A stretch of DNA of 64,000 bases from Bradyrhizobium sp. (GCA_035575905.1 DATLXL010000023.1:4617-68616), one strand, 5' to 3'; positions 9,590 through 19,771 are shown, counted from the first letter of the stretch. Numbers and translations: made by a program. Notes: a model not told the origin generated them from the sequence alone.

Positions 9590-10945
9590 CTAGCCCGAGC
9601 TCAGGCGGACACCGGCGCGCAAGAACTTCTGCGGATCGACCGCGTCGCCGTCGATCCTGGTTTCGTAGTGCAGATGCGGACCCGTCGAACGGCCGGTGGA
9701 GCCGACCTCGCCGATCACCTGACCGATCCTGACGGTCTCGCCGACCTTGACGTTGATGGCGGAGAGATGGCCGTAGCGGGTGGAGAGCCCGTTGCCATGG
9801 TCGATCTCGACCATGCGGCCATAGCCGCCCTGCCAGCCTGACGAGACGACCTTGCCGTTGGCGGTGGCGCGGACGGGATCGCCGGTCGCCGCGCGGAAGT
9901 CGAGCCCGGTATGCATCGCCGGCCGCCCCAGGAAGGGATCGCTGCGAACACCGAAGCCGGAGGTGAACTCGACCTCGCCGATGACGGGCTTGCGATAGGG
10001 CACCAGCGCCAGCGTGCGGTTCAGCCTCTCGACCTGCACGCGGGTGATGTGGATGCGATAAAGCTGGCGATCGAAGCTGCTGGCATCGGCGGGAAGCTTG
10101 ACAGGAACGAAGGGACCGCCGACGCCGCCGCGCGGCGCCGCAGCTTCCAGCTGCGCCATGTCGAGGCCGAGATCGTTGATGACGCCGCGCATGCGCCGCG
10201 CCCGCGATTCGAGGCTGTCCTCGACCGCCGAGAGCGCCGACATCTGCCGCTTCTCGACCTGGTCGAGCGACAGCTCCAGTTTGAGCACGACGTTGTCAAA
10301 GCCCTGAACCTTGGCGAACTGGCTGGGCTGCGGCCTAGCTACCTGCGGCGCGCGCGACTCCAGCCGCGCTTCGCGATCGGGCGGGGCCACGAAGATCACG
10401 GTATCGCTGATCGGCGACGGCTTTGGCGTGGCGGCCGGCGAATCAACCGATGCGCCGCGGCCGGTGGGCCGAACCGAGCCGGTAACGGAAGCATCCGGGA
10501 TCGCGCCTAGCGCGGTGGCGCGCGATTCCAGCGCGGTCTGCCGCCGCATGATCTGGTCGAGCTTCTGGTCGAACTGTTCCTGGTCGAGCAACTGGCGGCT
10601 GGCGGTGCGGTCGACGCGCGCGCGCAGTTCGGCAATGCGATCCTCGTAGGCGTATTGAATCTCGGCCTGGCGTGCGATCAGGCGGGTCAGGACATCGTCA
10701 CGGAACGCGAAATAGGTGGCGGTCGCCGCCGACCACATGCCGAGCAGCGTGACGGTGCCGACGCCGATCCAGAACACCACGGGTCCGAACCGAACCTGCT
10801 TGCCGGCATGGGTGATGGTGTAGCCGGCCTGTTGTTGCGCGGCGTGGTGAGGCGCCGCGCGGCGGGCGGACGTCCGGCCATGATCCTGCGGCTGGTGGTG
10901 CGGCTGGTACTCGGAATGATGACCAGAACGATGCGACATCGGCAC
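9590..10945 (-). CDS. M23-family peptidoglycan DD-metalloendopeptidase with N-terminal membrane anchor and coiled coil
   Basis: C-terminal LytM motifs HTGLDF and GSTGRSTGPHLHYE. TM helix VVFWIGVGTVTLLGMWSAA. His/Gln-rich N-terminus. Confidence 0.88.
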   Translation of the reverse strand: MPMSHRSGHHSEYQPHHQPQDHGRTSARRAAPHHAAQQQAGYTITHAGKQVRFGPVVFWIGVGTVTLLGMWSAATATYFAFRDDVLTRLIARQAEIQYAYEDRIAELRARVDRTASRQLLDQEQFDQKLDQIMRRQTALESRATALGAIPDASVTGSVRPTGRGASVDSPAATPKPSPISDTVIFVAPPDREARLESRAPQVARPQPSQFAKVQGFDNVVLKLELSLDQVEKRQMSALSAVEDSLESRARRMRGVINDLGLDMAQLEAAAPRGGVGGPFVPVKLPADASSFDRQLYRIHITRVQVERLNRTLALVPYRKPVIGEVEFTSGFGVRSDPFLGRPAMHTGLDFRAATGDPVRATANGKVVSSGWQGGYGRMVEIDHGNGLSTRYGHLSAINVKVGETVRIGQVIGEVGSTGRSTGPHLHYETRIDGDAVDPQKFLRAGVRLSSG

Positions 10946-11035
10946 TCCCGCGCCGGTCGGACATCATTCCGTACGGCTCAATTTGCGGGCCGATTTGAAC
11001 CCTGTCATGGTTAATTTTCAGGTAACGGGAAACCC

Positions 11036-11716
11036 TCACAGCGCCTGTGCCGCCGCCAGCACCTGATCGGCGTGTCCGTCGACGCGCACATTGCGCCAGA
11101 GGCGGGCCACCTTGCCATCGGAGCCGATCAAAACCGTCGTCCGGATGATACCCAGGAACGTCCTGCCGTAGAGGGACTTTTCGCCCCAGGCGCCATACGC
11201 CGCCAGCATCTCATGCTGTTCGTCGGAAATCAGGGGAACCGCCAGCCGGTGTTTGTCCCGGAACGCCTCCTGCGCCTTCACGGTATCGGCGGAGACGCCG
11301 AGCACGGCCGTGCCGGCGGCAGCGAACGCGCTCTTGAGTCGCGTGAAGTCGATCGCCTCCCTGGTGCAGCCGGGCGTGTCCGCACGCGGATAGAAGAAGA
11401 CGACGAGCTTCTGTCCGGCGAAATCCGCCAGGGAGATGGAATCACCGCCGTCGCGCGGCAGGTGAAAGTCGGGCGCCATGGCGCCTTCGGCCAGCACTGC
11501 GGATTGGGTCGCGCTCTGCTTTAACGGTTTCGATGCGGCTCTCTGCGATCCTTGCTTGCGCGACGGGGAAGCGGCCTTTTTCGATTTGGCTGCTTTTGTT
11601 CCGCCGGTTTTTGCGGTGCGTGCTGTCGGAGCCTTTGGTGAGCGGACACTCGCTTGCTTGGCAGCAGTGGATTTGCGGGAGGTCGTGGGGGATTTCTTGC
11701 GCGATTTCTTGGACAT
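11036..11716 (-). CDS. bcp: Thioredoxin-dependent thiol peroxidase (Bcp-type peroxiredoxin) with a basic Lys/Ala/Ser-rich N-terminal extension
   Basis: Peroxidatic motif FFYPRADTPGCTREA. ATG at 11716 is preceded by purine-rich AAGGAAGG. An alternative internal ATG at 11479 would give a canonical-length Bcp. Confidence 0.8.
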   Translation of the reverse strand: MSKKSRKKSPTTSRKSTAAKQASVRSPKAPTARTAKTGGTKAAKSKKAASPSRKQGSQRAASKPLKQSATQSAVLAEGAMAPDFHLPRDGGDSISLADFAGQKLVVFFYPRADTPGCTREAIDFTRLKSAFAAAGTAVLGVSADTVKAQEAFRDKHRLAVPLISDEQHEMLAAYGAWGEKSLYGRTFLGIIRTTVLIGSDGKVARLWRNVRVDGHADQVLAAAQAL

Positions 11717-11920
11717 ACGCCTTCCTTTCGACGCTTTCGGCGGCTCAATCAATGCGGTATTGCGGGGCTTGTCCTAGATTGACGGATTCGCGCCGGCCGC
11801 TGGGCAAGTCTGATGACGTCGGGGTATGGTTACAAGCATTTCGAAGCATCATCCGTCCGCTCGTTGAAGGACTCATTGGGGCCGGCAACGGCTCATAGTA
11901 AGAACCGGGGATTGGCAGCG

Positions 11921-14900
11921 ATGCCGGCACAGGAGCGCTCGATGGGGATCGACGGGCGCGCCTTGGGCGGCGAACCAACCCGCAATCAGCGCCAGCACCG
12001 AGAGGCAATGGCAAGGAATTCGTCGCCCCAAGGTCCTCAGGCCGGAGGATCTCACGCCGGACCGTACCCAGCATCGCGCCAGGGGCAGCCATCGCAGCCG
12101 CGTCCGCGTGCCGAGTCACAGGCGCCGCAGTGGCATGATGACGAGTGGGATCACGATCACGACGAGGCGGCGGGCCATCGCGCGCGCAAGCTGTTGTCGC
12201 GTTCAGGCTTGGGCATTCACCGCATTGGTGATCGCGCCGGTGCGCTGCGGCGCTGGATGAGCGGCGAGCGCTGGGTGAAGCGGCTTGCGATTGCCATCGC
12301 CGCACTCGCCGTCATCTTCATGGGCTGTTTCGGCGCGCTGTGGTGGCGGCTCGGCGCAGGGCCGATCAATCTCGACGTCGCCACGCCCTGGCTGGCTTCG
12401 GCCATCGAGGAAAATATCGGCCACGGCAACACGGTGGAAGTCGGCGGCACGCAGATCGAACGCGCCGGAAAAATCCGTATTGCCGTGCGCATTCGCGACA
12501 TCATCGTGCGCGACCGCGACCGTGCCATCGTCGCCACCGCGCCGAAGGCGGAGGTCAAGCTCTCCGGCACTGCGCTGTTGATGGGACGGCTGCGCGCCGA
12601 AAGCCTCAACCTGGTCGGCGCCGAACTTGCCATCCGCATCACGCCCGACGGGCAGGTGTCGGTTTCCGCGGGCGAGACCGCCAAGCCGCTGGCGACCGGC
12701 GTCGCCTCCAAGAAGGAGGCCGGCCTGCCGGCCACGTTCCCGCGCCAGATTCCGGTGACGCCGCCGACGGCCGGCGCGCCTGCGCCCGCGACCACGACGG
12801 ATTCCACGCAAGCCGGCGTTCTGGCCGGCCTCGACTGGCTCGACAGCCTCAGCCTCACCGGTCTCGACGGACAGAACCTCAACGAGATCGGCCTCAAGAG
12901 CGGCAACCTGCTCGTCGACGACCAGCAGCGCGGCAGCAAATGGTCGTTCGAGAACATCAGCCTCAGCCTGCGCCGGCCCGGCAGCGGCGGCGTGGCGCTG
13001 AGTTTCGGCGAAGAGGGCGCCAAACCCTGGTCGCTGAAGATGACGGTCGGTCCGCCCTCCAACGGCGTTCGGTCAGTCGACATCAAGGCCGACAAGCTGC
13101 CGACCGCCAACATCTTCCTGGCGATGCGCGTGAAGGATCTCACCTACAGTGCTGATCTGCCGCTGTCGGGCGAATTGAAGGGCGAGCTCGGCCGCGACGG
13201 CGTACCGACCTATTTCCGCGGCAAGATCACCGCCGGCGCCGGCCACATCATCGACAGCGATACGCCGGATTATCCGATGGCGATCGACTCCGCCGAGATG
13301 AATGTCGAATGGGATTCCAGCCGCCGCGTGCTGGTGGCGCCGTTCAAGATCGTATCCGGCGCCAACCGCGTCACGCTGCTGGCGCATATCGAGCCGCCGA
13401 ACGGCAACGTCAATGACTGGCAGGCCGGACTTTCCGGCGGCACCATCGTGCTGCCGGGCGCGGAAAACGAGCAGCCTCTGATCTTCAACCGCATCAATAT
13501 CGGATTCCGCTTCGACACCGATCGCAAGCGCGTGCTGCTGACGCAGGCCGATCTCTCCAACGGCGAGGTCAGCATCGCCGGCACCGGCATGGTGGATTAT
13601 TCCGGCGAGCCACGGCTGCAGCTCGGCTTCGCCGGCACGCCGATGACGGCATCGCAAATGAAGCGGGTGTGGCCGATCCTGATTGCTCCCGAAGTGCGCG
13701 AGTGGGTGCTCGAGCGGATCGAGAAGGGGACGCTGCAGCGCATCGACATCGCCATCAATTCCCCGGTGCGCAACCTCTCCCGCAAGGGGCCGCCGATCCC
13801 GGACGAGGGGCTTTCGGTCAACATCACCGCGAGCGGCGTCACGGTCCGTCCGGTCGACCAGATGCCGGCCGTGCGCGATGCGGACCTCAGGGCGAAGGTC
13901 ACGGGTCGTACCGTGCTGGTGTCGATCGGCCAGGGCGTCGCCGACACGCCGGCCGGACGCAAGATCAACTTCTCCGACTTCACGTTCGAAGTGCCTGACA
14001 TGGCGCCGAAACCCTCGCCGGCCAAGGTCAGGGTGCGCGTCGATGGTCCGGTGCCGGCGGCGGCGGAAATCCTGGCGGCCGACCGGCTCAGCGATCTCGG
14101 CGGCAGCCTGGTCGATCCCAACACCAGCAAGGGCAATTTTTCCGCCGTCATCACCATGGGAATGCCGGTCAAGAACGCGCTGACCAAGGCCGATACCACC
14201 TACAGCGTGACCGCCGATCTCACCGGCTTTGCCGCAGACAAGCTGGTGATGGACAAGAAGCTGGAGTCAAACGCGCTGAAACTGGCGGCCAACAATGCCG
14301 GCTTCCAGGTCAAGGGCGACGTCAAGATCAATGGCCAGCAGGCCTCGCTCGACTACCGCAAGCCGACCGAAGGCGATGCCGACGTCAGGCTGACTGCGAC
14401 GCTCGACGATGCAAGCCGGGCGCGACTAGGCATGGATCTCGGCCCGGCAGTGAGCGGCGCGCTTCCGGTCAAGCTGATCGGCAAGATCGGCGATCACGAC
14501 AGCAAGCTCGGCGTCGAAGCCGATCTCACCGCGCTCAAGCTCGACAACATCCTGCCCGGCTGGGTCAAGACACCCGGCAGGTCCAGCAAGGCGACCTTCA
14601 ACGTGGTGCAGAAGCAGTCTTCGACCCGGTTCGAGGACATCGTGGTGGAGGGCGGGGGCGTCTCCATCAAGGGCTCGCTCGAAGTCGACCAGAACGGTGA
14701 CCTGCTCAACGCGAACTTCCCGGTCTATTCGCCGGCCGACGGCGATCGCACCAGCTTGCGCGCCGAGCGCGGCCAGGATGGCGTGATGAAGGTGACGATG
14801 CGCGGCGATGTGTTCGACGGCCGCGGCTTCCTCAAATCGGCGGTTTCGGGCCGCGAAGCGGATGCCAAGAGCAAGTCCAGGAACATCGATTTCGACGTCG

Positions 14901-15676
14901 ATCTCAAGCTCGGCGCGGTGCAGGGTTTCAACGGCGAGGCCGTGCGCAGCATCGATTGCAAGATCTCCCGCCGCAATGGCGCGATCCGCAATTTCTCGCT
15001 GAACGGCAAACTCGGGCGCGACACGCCGGTCACCGCCGAATTGCGCGGCCGCTCGCAGGCGCAGGGGCGTGAGGTGGTGTATCTGGAGACCAACGATGCC
15101 GGCGCCTTCTTCCGCTTCATGGATACCTACTCCAAGATGATCGGCGGCCAGCTCGCGCTGGCGCTGGAGCCGCCGACCGCGGACACCAGCCCCAAGGAAG
15201 GGCTGATGAACGTCACGAATTTCTCGGTGAAGGGCGAATCGGCGCTTGAACGCGTCGCCGCCGGCGGACCGCCGGGTTCCAACAGCGGCGTGTCGTTCTC
15301 GCGCTTGCGCGCGGAATTCACCCGCAACACCGGCCAGCTGACCGTCCGCGAGGGCGTGGTCAAGGGGCCGGTGATCGGCGCGACCATCGAGGGCAGCATC
15401 GACTATGTCAGCAATCAGGTGCGGATGAGCGGCACCTTCGTGCCGATGTACGGGCTGAACAACATGTTCGGCCAGATTCCGGTGCTGGGCCTCTTCCTGG
15501 GCAACGGCAGCAATGAAGGGTTGCTCGGCATGACCTATGAAGTGGTCGGCTCGCCGAACCAGCCGACGCTGCGCGTCAACCCGATTTCGATGATGGCGCC
15601 GGGCGTGCTGCGCAAGATATTCGAGTTCAACACCGGCAAGCAGAACAACCCGGTGGAATTCCCGCCGAACAACTGA
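11921..15676 (+). CDS. Very large AsmA-like / DUF3971-type envelope protein (YhdP-like)
   Basis: ORF 11813..15676 with one N-terminal TM helix (LAIAIAALAVIFMGCFGALWW), then over 1000 aa of beta-rich sequence typical of AsmA-like proteins. Start is uncertain (11813, 11921 or later). Confidence 0.72.
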   Translation: MPAQERSMGIDGRALGGEPTRNQRQHREAMARNSSPQGPQAGGSHAGPYPASRQGQPSQPRPRAESQAPQWHDDEWDHDHDEAAGHRARKLLSRSGLGIHRIGDRAGALRRWMSGERWVKRLAIAIAALAVIFMGCFGALWWRLGAGPINLDVATPWLASAIEENIGHGNTVEVGGTQIERAGKIRIAVRIRDIIVRDRDRAIVATAPKAEVKLSGTALLMGRLRAESLNLVGAELAIRITPDGQVSVSAGETAKPLATGVASKKEAGLPATFPRQIPVTPPTAGAPAPATTTDSTQAGVLAGLDWLDSLSLTGLDGQNLNEIGLKSGNLLVDDQQRGSKWSFENISLSLRRPGSGGVALSFGEEGAKPWSLKMTVGPPSNGVRSVDIKADKLPTANIFLAMRVKDLTYSADLPLSGELKGELGRDGVPTYFRGKITAGAGHIIDSDTPDYPMAIDSAEMNVEWDSSRRVLVAPFKIVSGANRVTLLAHIEPPNGNVNDWQAGLSGGTIVLPGAENEQPLIFNRINIGFRFDTDRKRVLLTQADLSNGEVSIAGTGMVDYSGEPRLQLGFAGTPMTASQMKRVWPILIAPEVREWVLERIEKGTLQRIDIAINSPVRNLSRKGPPIPDEGLSVNITASGVTVRPVDQMPAVRDADLRAKVTGRTVLVSIGQGVADTPAGRKINFSDFTFEVPDMAPKPSPAKVRVRVDGPVPAAAEILAADRLSDLGGSLVDPNTSKGNFSAVITMGMPVKNALTKADTTYSVTADLTGFAADKLVMDKKLESNALKLAANNAGFQVKGDVKINGQQASLDYRKPTEGDADVRLTATLDDASRARLGMDLGPAVSGALPVKLIGKIGDHDSKLGVEADLTALKLDNILPGWVKTPGRSSKATFNVVQKQSSTRFEDIVVEGGGVSIKGSLEVDQNGDLLNANFPVYSPADGDRTSLRAERGQDGVMKVTMRGDVFDGRGFLKSAVSGREADAKSKSRNIDFDVDLKLGAVQGFNGEAVRSIDCKISRRNGAIRNFSLNGKLGRDTPVTAELRGRSQAQGREVVYLETNDAGAFFRFMDTYSKMIGGQLALALEPPTADTSPKEGLMNVTNFSVKGESALERVAAGGPPGSNSGVSFSRLRAEFTRNTGQLTVREGVVKGPVIGATIEGSIDYVSNQVRMSGTFVPMYGLNNMFGQIPVLGLFLGNGSNEGLLGMTYEVVGSPNQPTLRVNPISMMAPGVLRKIFEFNTGKQNNPVEFPPNN

Positions 15677-15758
15677 GCCATTCGTACATGCGAGCGATCG
15701 GGCTTGGCATCAAGCCCTATCTCCGATGCGTCGCCAAGAAAGATTCGAAGAAGAAATC

Positions 15759-15848
15759 GTAGGGTGGGGCAAAGGCGCAAAAGCGCCGTGCCCACCTTCA
15801 TACGATCGGTGCAAGAAAGGTGGGCACGCTTCGCTTTGCCCACCCTAC
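15759..15848. repeat. REP-like element pair: two hairpin units in inverted orientation
   Basis: GTAGGGTGGGGCAAAGGCGCAAAAGCGCCGTGCCCACC (15759-15796) against the reverse complement of 15819-15848 (GTAGGGTGGGCAAAGCGAAGCGTGCCCACC). Each unit has an internal GTGGGCA/TGCCCAC stem. Lies between convergent genes. Confidence 0.7.
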
Positions 15849-15872
15849 AGATTCGTCCCCTGCGGACCGCGG

Positions 15873-17118
15873 CTAGCGCCGCAGCGCCGGCACCACCAGG
15901 AACGGCAGCATTCCGAGGATCACGTTGACCAGCGCGAACACGATCACGGCATTGTAGCCATGGGTGTAGTCGTGCAGCACGCCGCCGCTCCAGGCGCCGA
16001 ACGCCGAGCCGAGGCCGCTGCCGATCGAGATCGTGCCAAAAATCGTTCCGACCCGCTTGCCCCCGAAAATCTTCAGCGCGGTGGCCGTGATCAGCGGGCC
16101 GCGCGAGCCGACCATGCTGCCGAAGAAGATGACGAAGGCGGTCAGCAGGAAATAGTTCGGGTACCATTGCAGCAGCCACAGGAAGAGGATTCCGACGATC
16201 GAGATGGCGTAGCTGAGCAGTACCGACGGCCGCCGGCCGATGATGCCGTCGAGCGTAGAGACACTGACCATGCCGATGGTCAGCACGACGCCCGAGAAGC
16301 CCCAGGCGGTCGCCGCCTGCAGCGGCGGAAACCCGGCATCGATCAGGAAGGCGACGATCTGCGCCGAGATGGCGTACATGCCGGCCGCCGTGAAGAAGAA
16401 GGTCGAGAACAGCGCCCAGAAGGCGTGATGGCGTATCGCGCTGGCGAGCGTCCAGCCGCTGTCTTCGACATCGACCTTCGCTTTCGTCACGAGGTTGGGC
16501 GAACCGGCGGCGAACATTCGCCACGGCAGCAGCAGCAGCGGCACCACCAGACAGAGCACGGCGACGCCGAACACCTGGTAGGAGGAACGCCAGCCGATGT
16601 GGTCGATCAACAGCTGCGAGGTCGGCAGCAGCAGCAGCACGCCGCCGCCCATCGCGGAATAGACCACCGCCATCGCGGTCGGCAGCCGCGGTCCGAACCA
16701 GCGGCCGAGCAGGATGGAGTTCGGCACGTTGCCCATCAGCGCGGCGCCGAGCCCGACGCAGAAGCCGACGGTGAGCTGGAATTGCCAGAGCGATTGCGCG
16801 TGGGAAGCTGCGAGGAAGGCGCCGCCGAGCAGCGCGAGGCCAAGGGCGTAGACCGTGCGTGGTCCGGAATGATCGAACAGGCGGCCGATCAGCGGCGCCG
16901 TCAATCCGCTGGTCAGCCACGACAGCGAGTAGACCGAGACGACCTGCGCGCGGTCCCAGCCGAAATTTTCCGAGATCGGCTTCAGGAAGACCGTAAAACT
17001 TTCGCTGAGGCCGCGGCCGAGCCACGGCCAGTGCGAAACACAATGCCAGCACGCTCAGCGCCGCGCGCGCCGGCTTTAGCGGCGTGGAAGAATCCTCCCG
17101 TGGCGTGTTCTGTTCCAT
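15873..17118 (-). pseudogene. MFS transporter, reading frame broken near 17020 (frameshift or assembly indel)
   Basis: The N-terminus MEQNTPREDSSTPLKPARAALSVLALCFALAVA is in the 17118 frame. The MFS body (LGRGLSESFTVFLKPISENFGWDRAQ...GRLFDHSGPR...) continues in another frame that has an upstream TGA at 17055-17057 and no start codon before TTG 16904. Confidence 0.7.
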
Positions 17119-17128
17119 TGCGGACAGG

Positions 17129-17148
17129 GGAGCGCGCTTCCGCGCTCC
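17129..17148 (-). terminator. GC hairpin downstream of tyrS (terminator-like, no U tract)
   Basis: Perfect 8-bp stem GGAGCGCG / CGCGCTCC with loop CTTC, 27 nt after the tyrS stop. Confidence 0.35.
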
Positions 17149-17174
17149 GGCACAAGGCCTATCCGCGAATAAGG

Positions 17175-18428
17175 CTATGCAGCCTTGATCAGCACGTGCC
17201 GCTTCTTGCCGAGGGACAGCTTGATCACGCCTTCGCCGGTCAGGTTGGACGGCGAGAGCGTCATCTTCTCGTCGGTGACGGCGATATCGTTGACGCGCAG
17301 GCCGCCGCCCTTGATCTGCCGCCGCGCTTCGCCGTTGGAGGCGACGAGCCCCGCCTTGACGAAGGCGGCGAGCACGCCGACGCCGGCATCGAGTTCGCCG
17401 CGCGGAATTTCCACCGTCGGCAGGTTCTCCGCGATCGCGCCTTCCTCAAAGGTCTGCCGCGCGGTCTCGGCGGCCTGGCTGGCGGCATCGCGGCCATGGA
17501 GCAGGGCGGTGGCTTCGGTCGCCAGCACCTTCTTGGCCTCGTTGATCTCGCCGCCCTGCAGCGCCGCGAGCTTGGCGATCTCGGACATCGGCAGGATGGT
17601 GAAGAGCTTGAGGAACTTGACGACGTCGGCGTCCTCGGTGTTGCGCCAGTACTGCCAGAAATCATACGGCGAGAACTCGTCCGCGTTCAGCCACACCGCG
17701 CCCTTGGCGGTCTTGCCCATCTTGTCGCCGGACGCGGTGGTGAGCAGCGGCGTCGTCAGCGCATACAGTTGCGGCGTCCCCATGCGGCGGCCGAGATCGA
17801 CGCCGTTGACGATGTTGCCCCACTGGTCCGAGCCGCCCATCTGCAGCCGGCAGCCGGTGCGCCGCGACAGCTCGACGAAGTCGTAGGCCTGGCAGACCAT
17901 GTAGTTGAACTCGATGAAGCTCATCTCCTGCTCGCGCTCGAGGCGCAGGCGCACGGAGTCCATGGTCAGCATGCGGTTGACCGAGAAGTGCCGGCCGATG
18001 TCGCGCAGCATCTCGATCCAGTTCAGCTTGGTCAGCCACTCCGCATTGTCGAGCATGATGGCGTCGGCGGGCCCGTTGCCGTAACGCAGCACCTTGGAAA
18101 ACACGCCACGGATCGATGCCTTGTTGGCCTCGATCTCCTCGATCGAGCGCAGCGCGCGTGTCTCGTCCTTGCCGGAGGGATCGCCCACCATGGTGGTGCC
18201 GCCGCCCATCAGCGTGATCGGCTTGTTCCCGCTCTGCTGCAGCCAGTACAGCATCATCATCGTCAGGTAGTTGCCGATATGCAGCGAGCGCGCCGTGCAG
18301 TCGTAGCCGACATAGGCGATCGCCTCGCCCCTGGCGGCGAGTGCGTCCAGCCCCTCGAAATCGGAGCACTGGTGGATGAAGCCGCGTTCCTGTAAAATGT
18401 TCAGGAAATCCGATTTAAATGCCGTCAT
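17175..18428 (-). CDS. tyrS: Tyrosine--tRNA ligase
   Basis: 417 aa. HIGH-type motif (SLHIGNYL), KMSKS-type motif ([10 protein letters not shown]) and a C-terminal S4-like domain. Confidence 0.95.
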   Translation of the reverse strand: MTAFKSDFLNILQERGFIHQCSDFEGLDALAARGEAIAYVGYDCTARSLHIGNYLTMMMLYWLQQSGNKPITLMGGGTTMVGDPSGKDETRALRSIEEIEANKASIRGVFSKVLRYGNGPADAIMLDNAEWLTKLNWIEMLRDIGRHFSVNRMLTMDSVRLRLEREQEMSFIEFNYMVCQAYDFVELSRRTGCRLQMGGSDQWGNIVNGVDLGRRMGTPQLYALTTPLLTTASGDKMGKTAKGAVWLNADEFSPYDFWQYWRNTEDADVVKFLKLFTILPMSEIAKLAALQGGEINEAKKVLATEATALLHGRDAASQAAETARQTFEEGAIAENLPTVEIPRGELDAGVGVLAAFVKAGLVASNGEARRQIKGGGLRVNDIAVTDEKMTLSPSNLTGEGVIKLSLGKKRHVLIKAA

Positions 18429-18601
18429 CTGTCGGTGACTCTGATCATTCTCTTTTCACGATTTTTCTTCACGCTAATTGTAACCAATTGCGGAACCAGG
18501 CGCGAACGGACTGCCGGTTCATCGTCCGCTGTGGCATTATAAGATGTGTGCAATTGGCACAAGCCGTGCGTCCCGGGGTAGGGCTCGCGAGGCCACAAAC
18601 A

Positions 18602-19705
18602 ATGATGTTAACCGCACTCGGTCTGATGAGCGGCACCTCGCTGGACGGGGTGGACGTCGCGCTGATCGAAACCGACGGCAAGCGGATCCAGTCGTTTGGT
18701 CCCAGCGGCTACCGGCCCTATTCCGAGCGCGAGCGTTGCCTGCTGCGCCAGGCGCTGACCGAGGCCGTGCACCTGCCGCAACGCGATGCCCGGCCCGGCA
18801 TCCTGCGCGAGGCCGAGCAGGTGGTCACGACGGCGCATGCCGAGGCGGTCGCCGCCTTCACCGCCCAGCACCGCATCGCCCGCGAGGAAATCGATATCGT
18901 CGGCTTCCACGGCCAGACCGTGCTGCACCGGCCGGAGAGGCGGCTGACGGTGCAGATCGGCGACGCTGCGGCGCTGGCAAGAGCGATCCACATTCCCGTG
19001 ATGCATGACTTCCGTGCCGCGGATGTCGCCGCCGGCGGGCAGGGCGCGCCATTCGTGCCGGTCTATCACCGCGCGCTGGCGCAGTCGCTGGAGCGCGAAG
19101 GGCCGATCGTCGTGGTCAATATCGGCGGCGTTTCCAACATCACCTATATCGACGGCGCCGACACCCTGATGGCCTGCGATACCGGCCCGGGCAACGCGCT
19201 GCTCGACGACCATATGTTCCGCACCATGCATCAGCGCTTCGACAAGGACGGCGAGTTTGCCGCCAAGGGCAAGGTGGACGACGCCTGGGTGTCGCGTGCG
19301 CTGAAGCTGCCGTTCTTCAGCCAAAAACCCCCGAAATCGCTCGACCGCAACGATTTCGCCGGCCTGAAGGTCACCGACATGGCGCCGGCCGACGGCGCGG
19401 CGACGCTGACCGCCTTCACGGCAGCCGCGATTGCCCGGATCGTGCCGCTGCTGCCGAAATGGCCGAACAGCTGGATCATCTGCGGCGGCGGCGCGCGCAA
19501 CCGAACCATGATGCAAATGCTGCGCGAGCGGCTCGAGCCGGCCACGGTCGAGTCGGCCGAAATGCACGGCTGGGCGTCGGACGCCATCGAGGCCCAGGCC
19601 TTTGGCTTTCTGGCCGCCCGCGGCCTGAAAGGGCTGCCGCTGAGCTATCCCGCCACTACCGGCGTACCGATGCCCATGACCGGCGGGGTGATCGCGCGGC
19701 CGTGA
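18602..19705 (+). CDS. anmK: Anhydro-N-acetylmuramic acid kinase
   Basis: Internal ATG 18602 gives MMLTALGLMSGTSLDGVDVALIETDG, the conserved AnmK N-terminus. 367 aa. Confidence 0.9.
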   Translation: MMLTALGLMSGTSLDGVDVALIETDGKRIQSFGPSGYRPYSERERCLLRQALTEAVHLPQRDARPGILREAEQVVTTAHAEAVAAFTAQHRIAREEIDIVGFHGQTVLHRPERRLTVQIGDAAALARAIHIPVMHDFRAADVAAGGQGAPFVPVYHRALAQSLEREGPIVVVNIGGVSNITYIDGADTLMACDTGPGNALLDDHMFRTMHQRFDKDGEFAAKGKVDDAWVSRALKLPFFSQKPPKSLDRNDFAGLKVTDMAPADGAATLTAFTAAAIARIVPLLPKWPNSWIICGGGARNRTMMQMLRERLEPATVESAEMHGWASDAIEAQAFGFLAARGLKGLPLSYPATTGVPMPMTGGVIARP

Positions 19706-19707
19706 AT

Positions 19708-19771
19708 TCGATGCAAGTGCATCGACCTTGACGATTGAATGCAAATGCATGTAACTATCATGCAGATGCAT
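19708..19771. promoter_or_regulatory. Array of three ATGCA-NN-TGCAT palindromes (putative operator sites) over a candidate promoter of the GST gene
   Basis: ATGCAAGTGCAT 19711-19722 (extends to the 18-bp perfect palindrome TCGATGCAAGTGCATCGA, 19708-19725), ATGCAAATGCAT 19739-19750, ATGCAGATGCAT 19760-19771. TTGACG at 19728-19733, then 18 nt, then TAACTA. Confidence 0.5.

Noticed and set aside
15535-17118. 527-aa ORF starting at the MFS start codon
   Set aside because: Only the first ~33 residues look like the transporter. The remainder is an out-of-frame read-through (Arg/Ala/Pro-rich) that stays open because of GC content. I treat it as evidence of a frameshift, not as a protein.
15726-18395. 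889-aa ORF spanning the REP element and antisense to the MFS and tyrS genes
   Set aside because: It crosses two real genes on the other strand and a repeat element. The sequence is Arg/Gly/Asp-rich nonsense.
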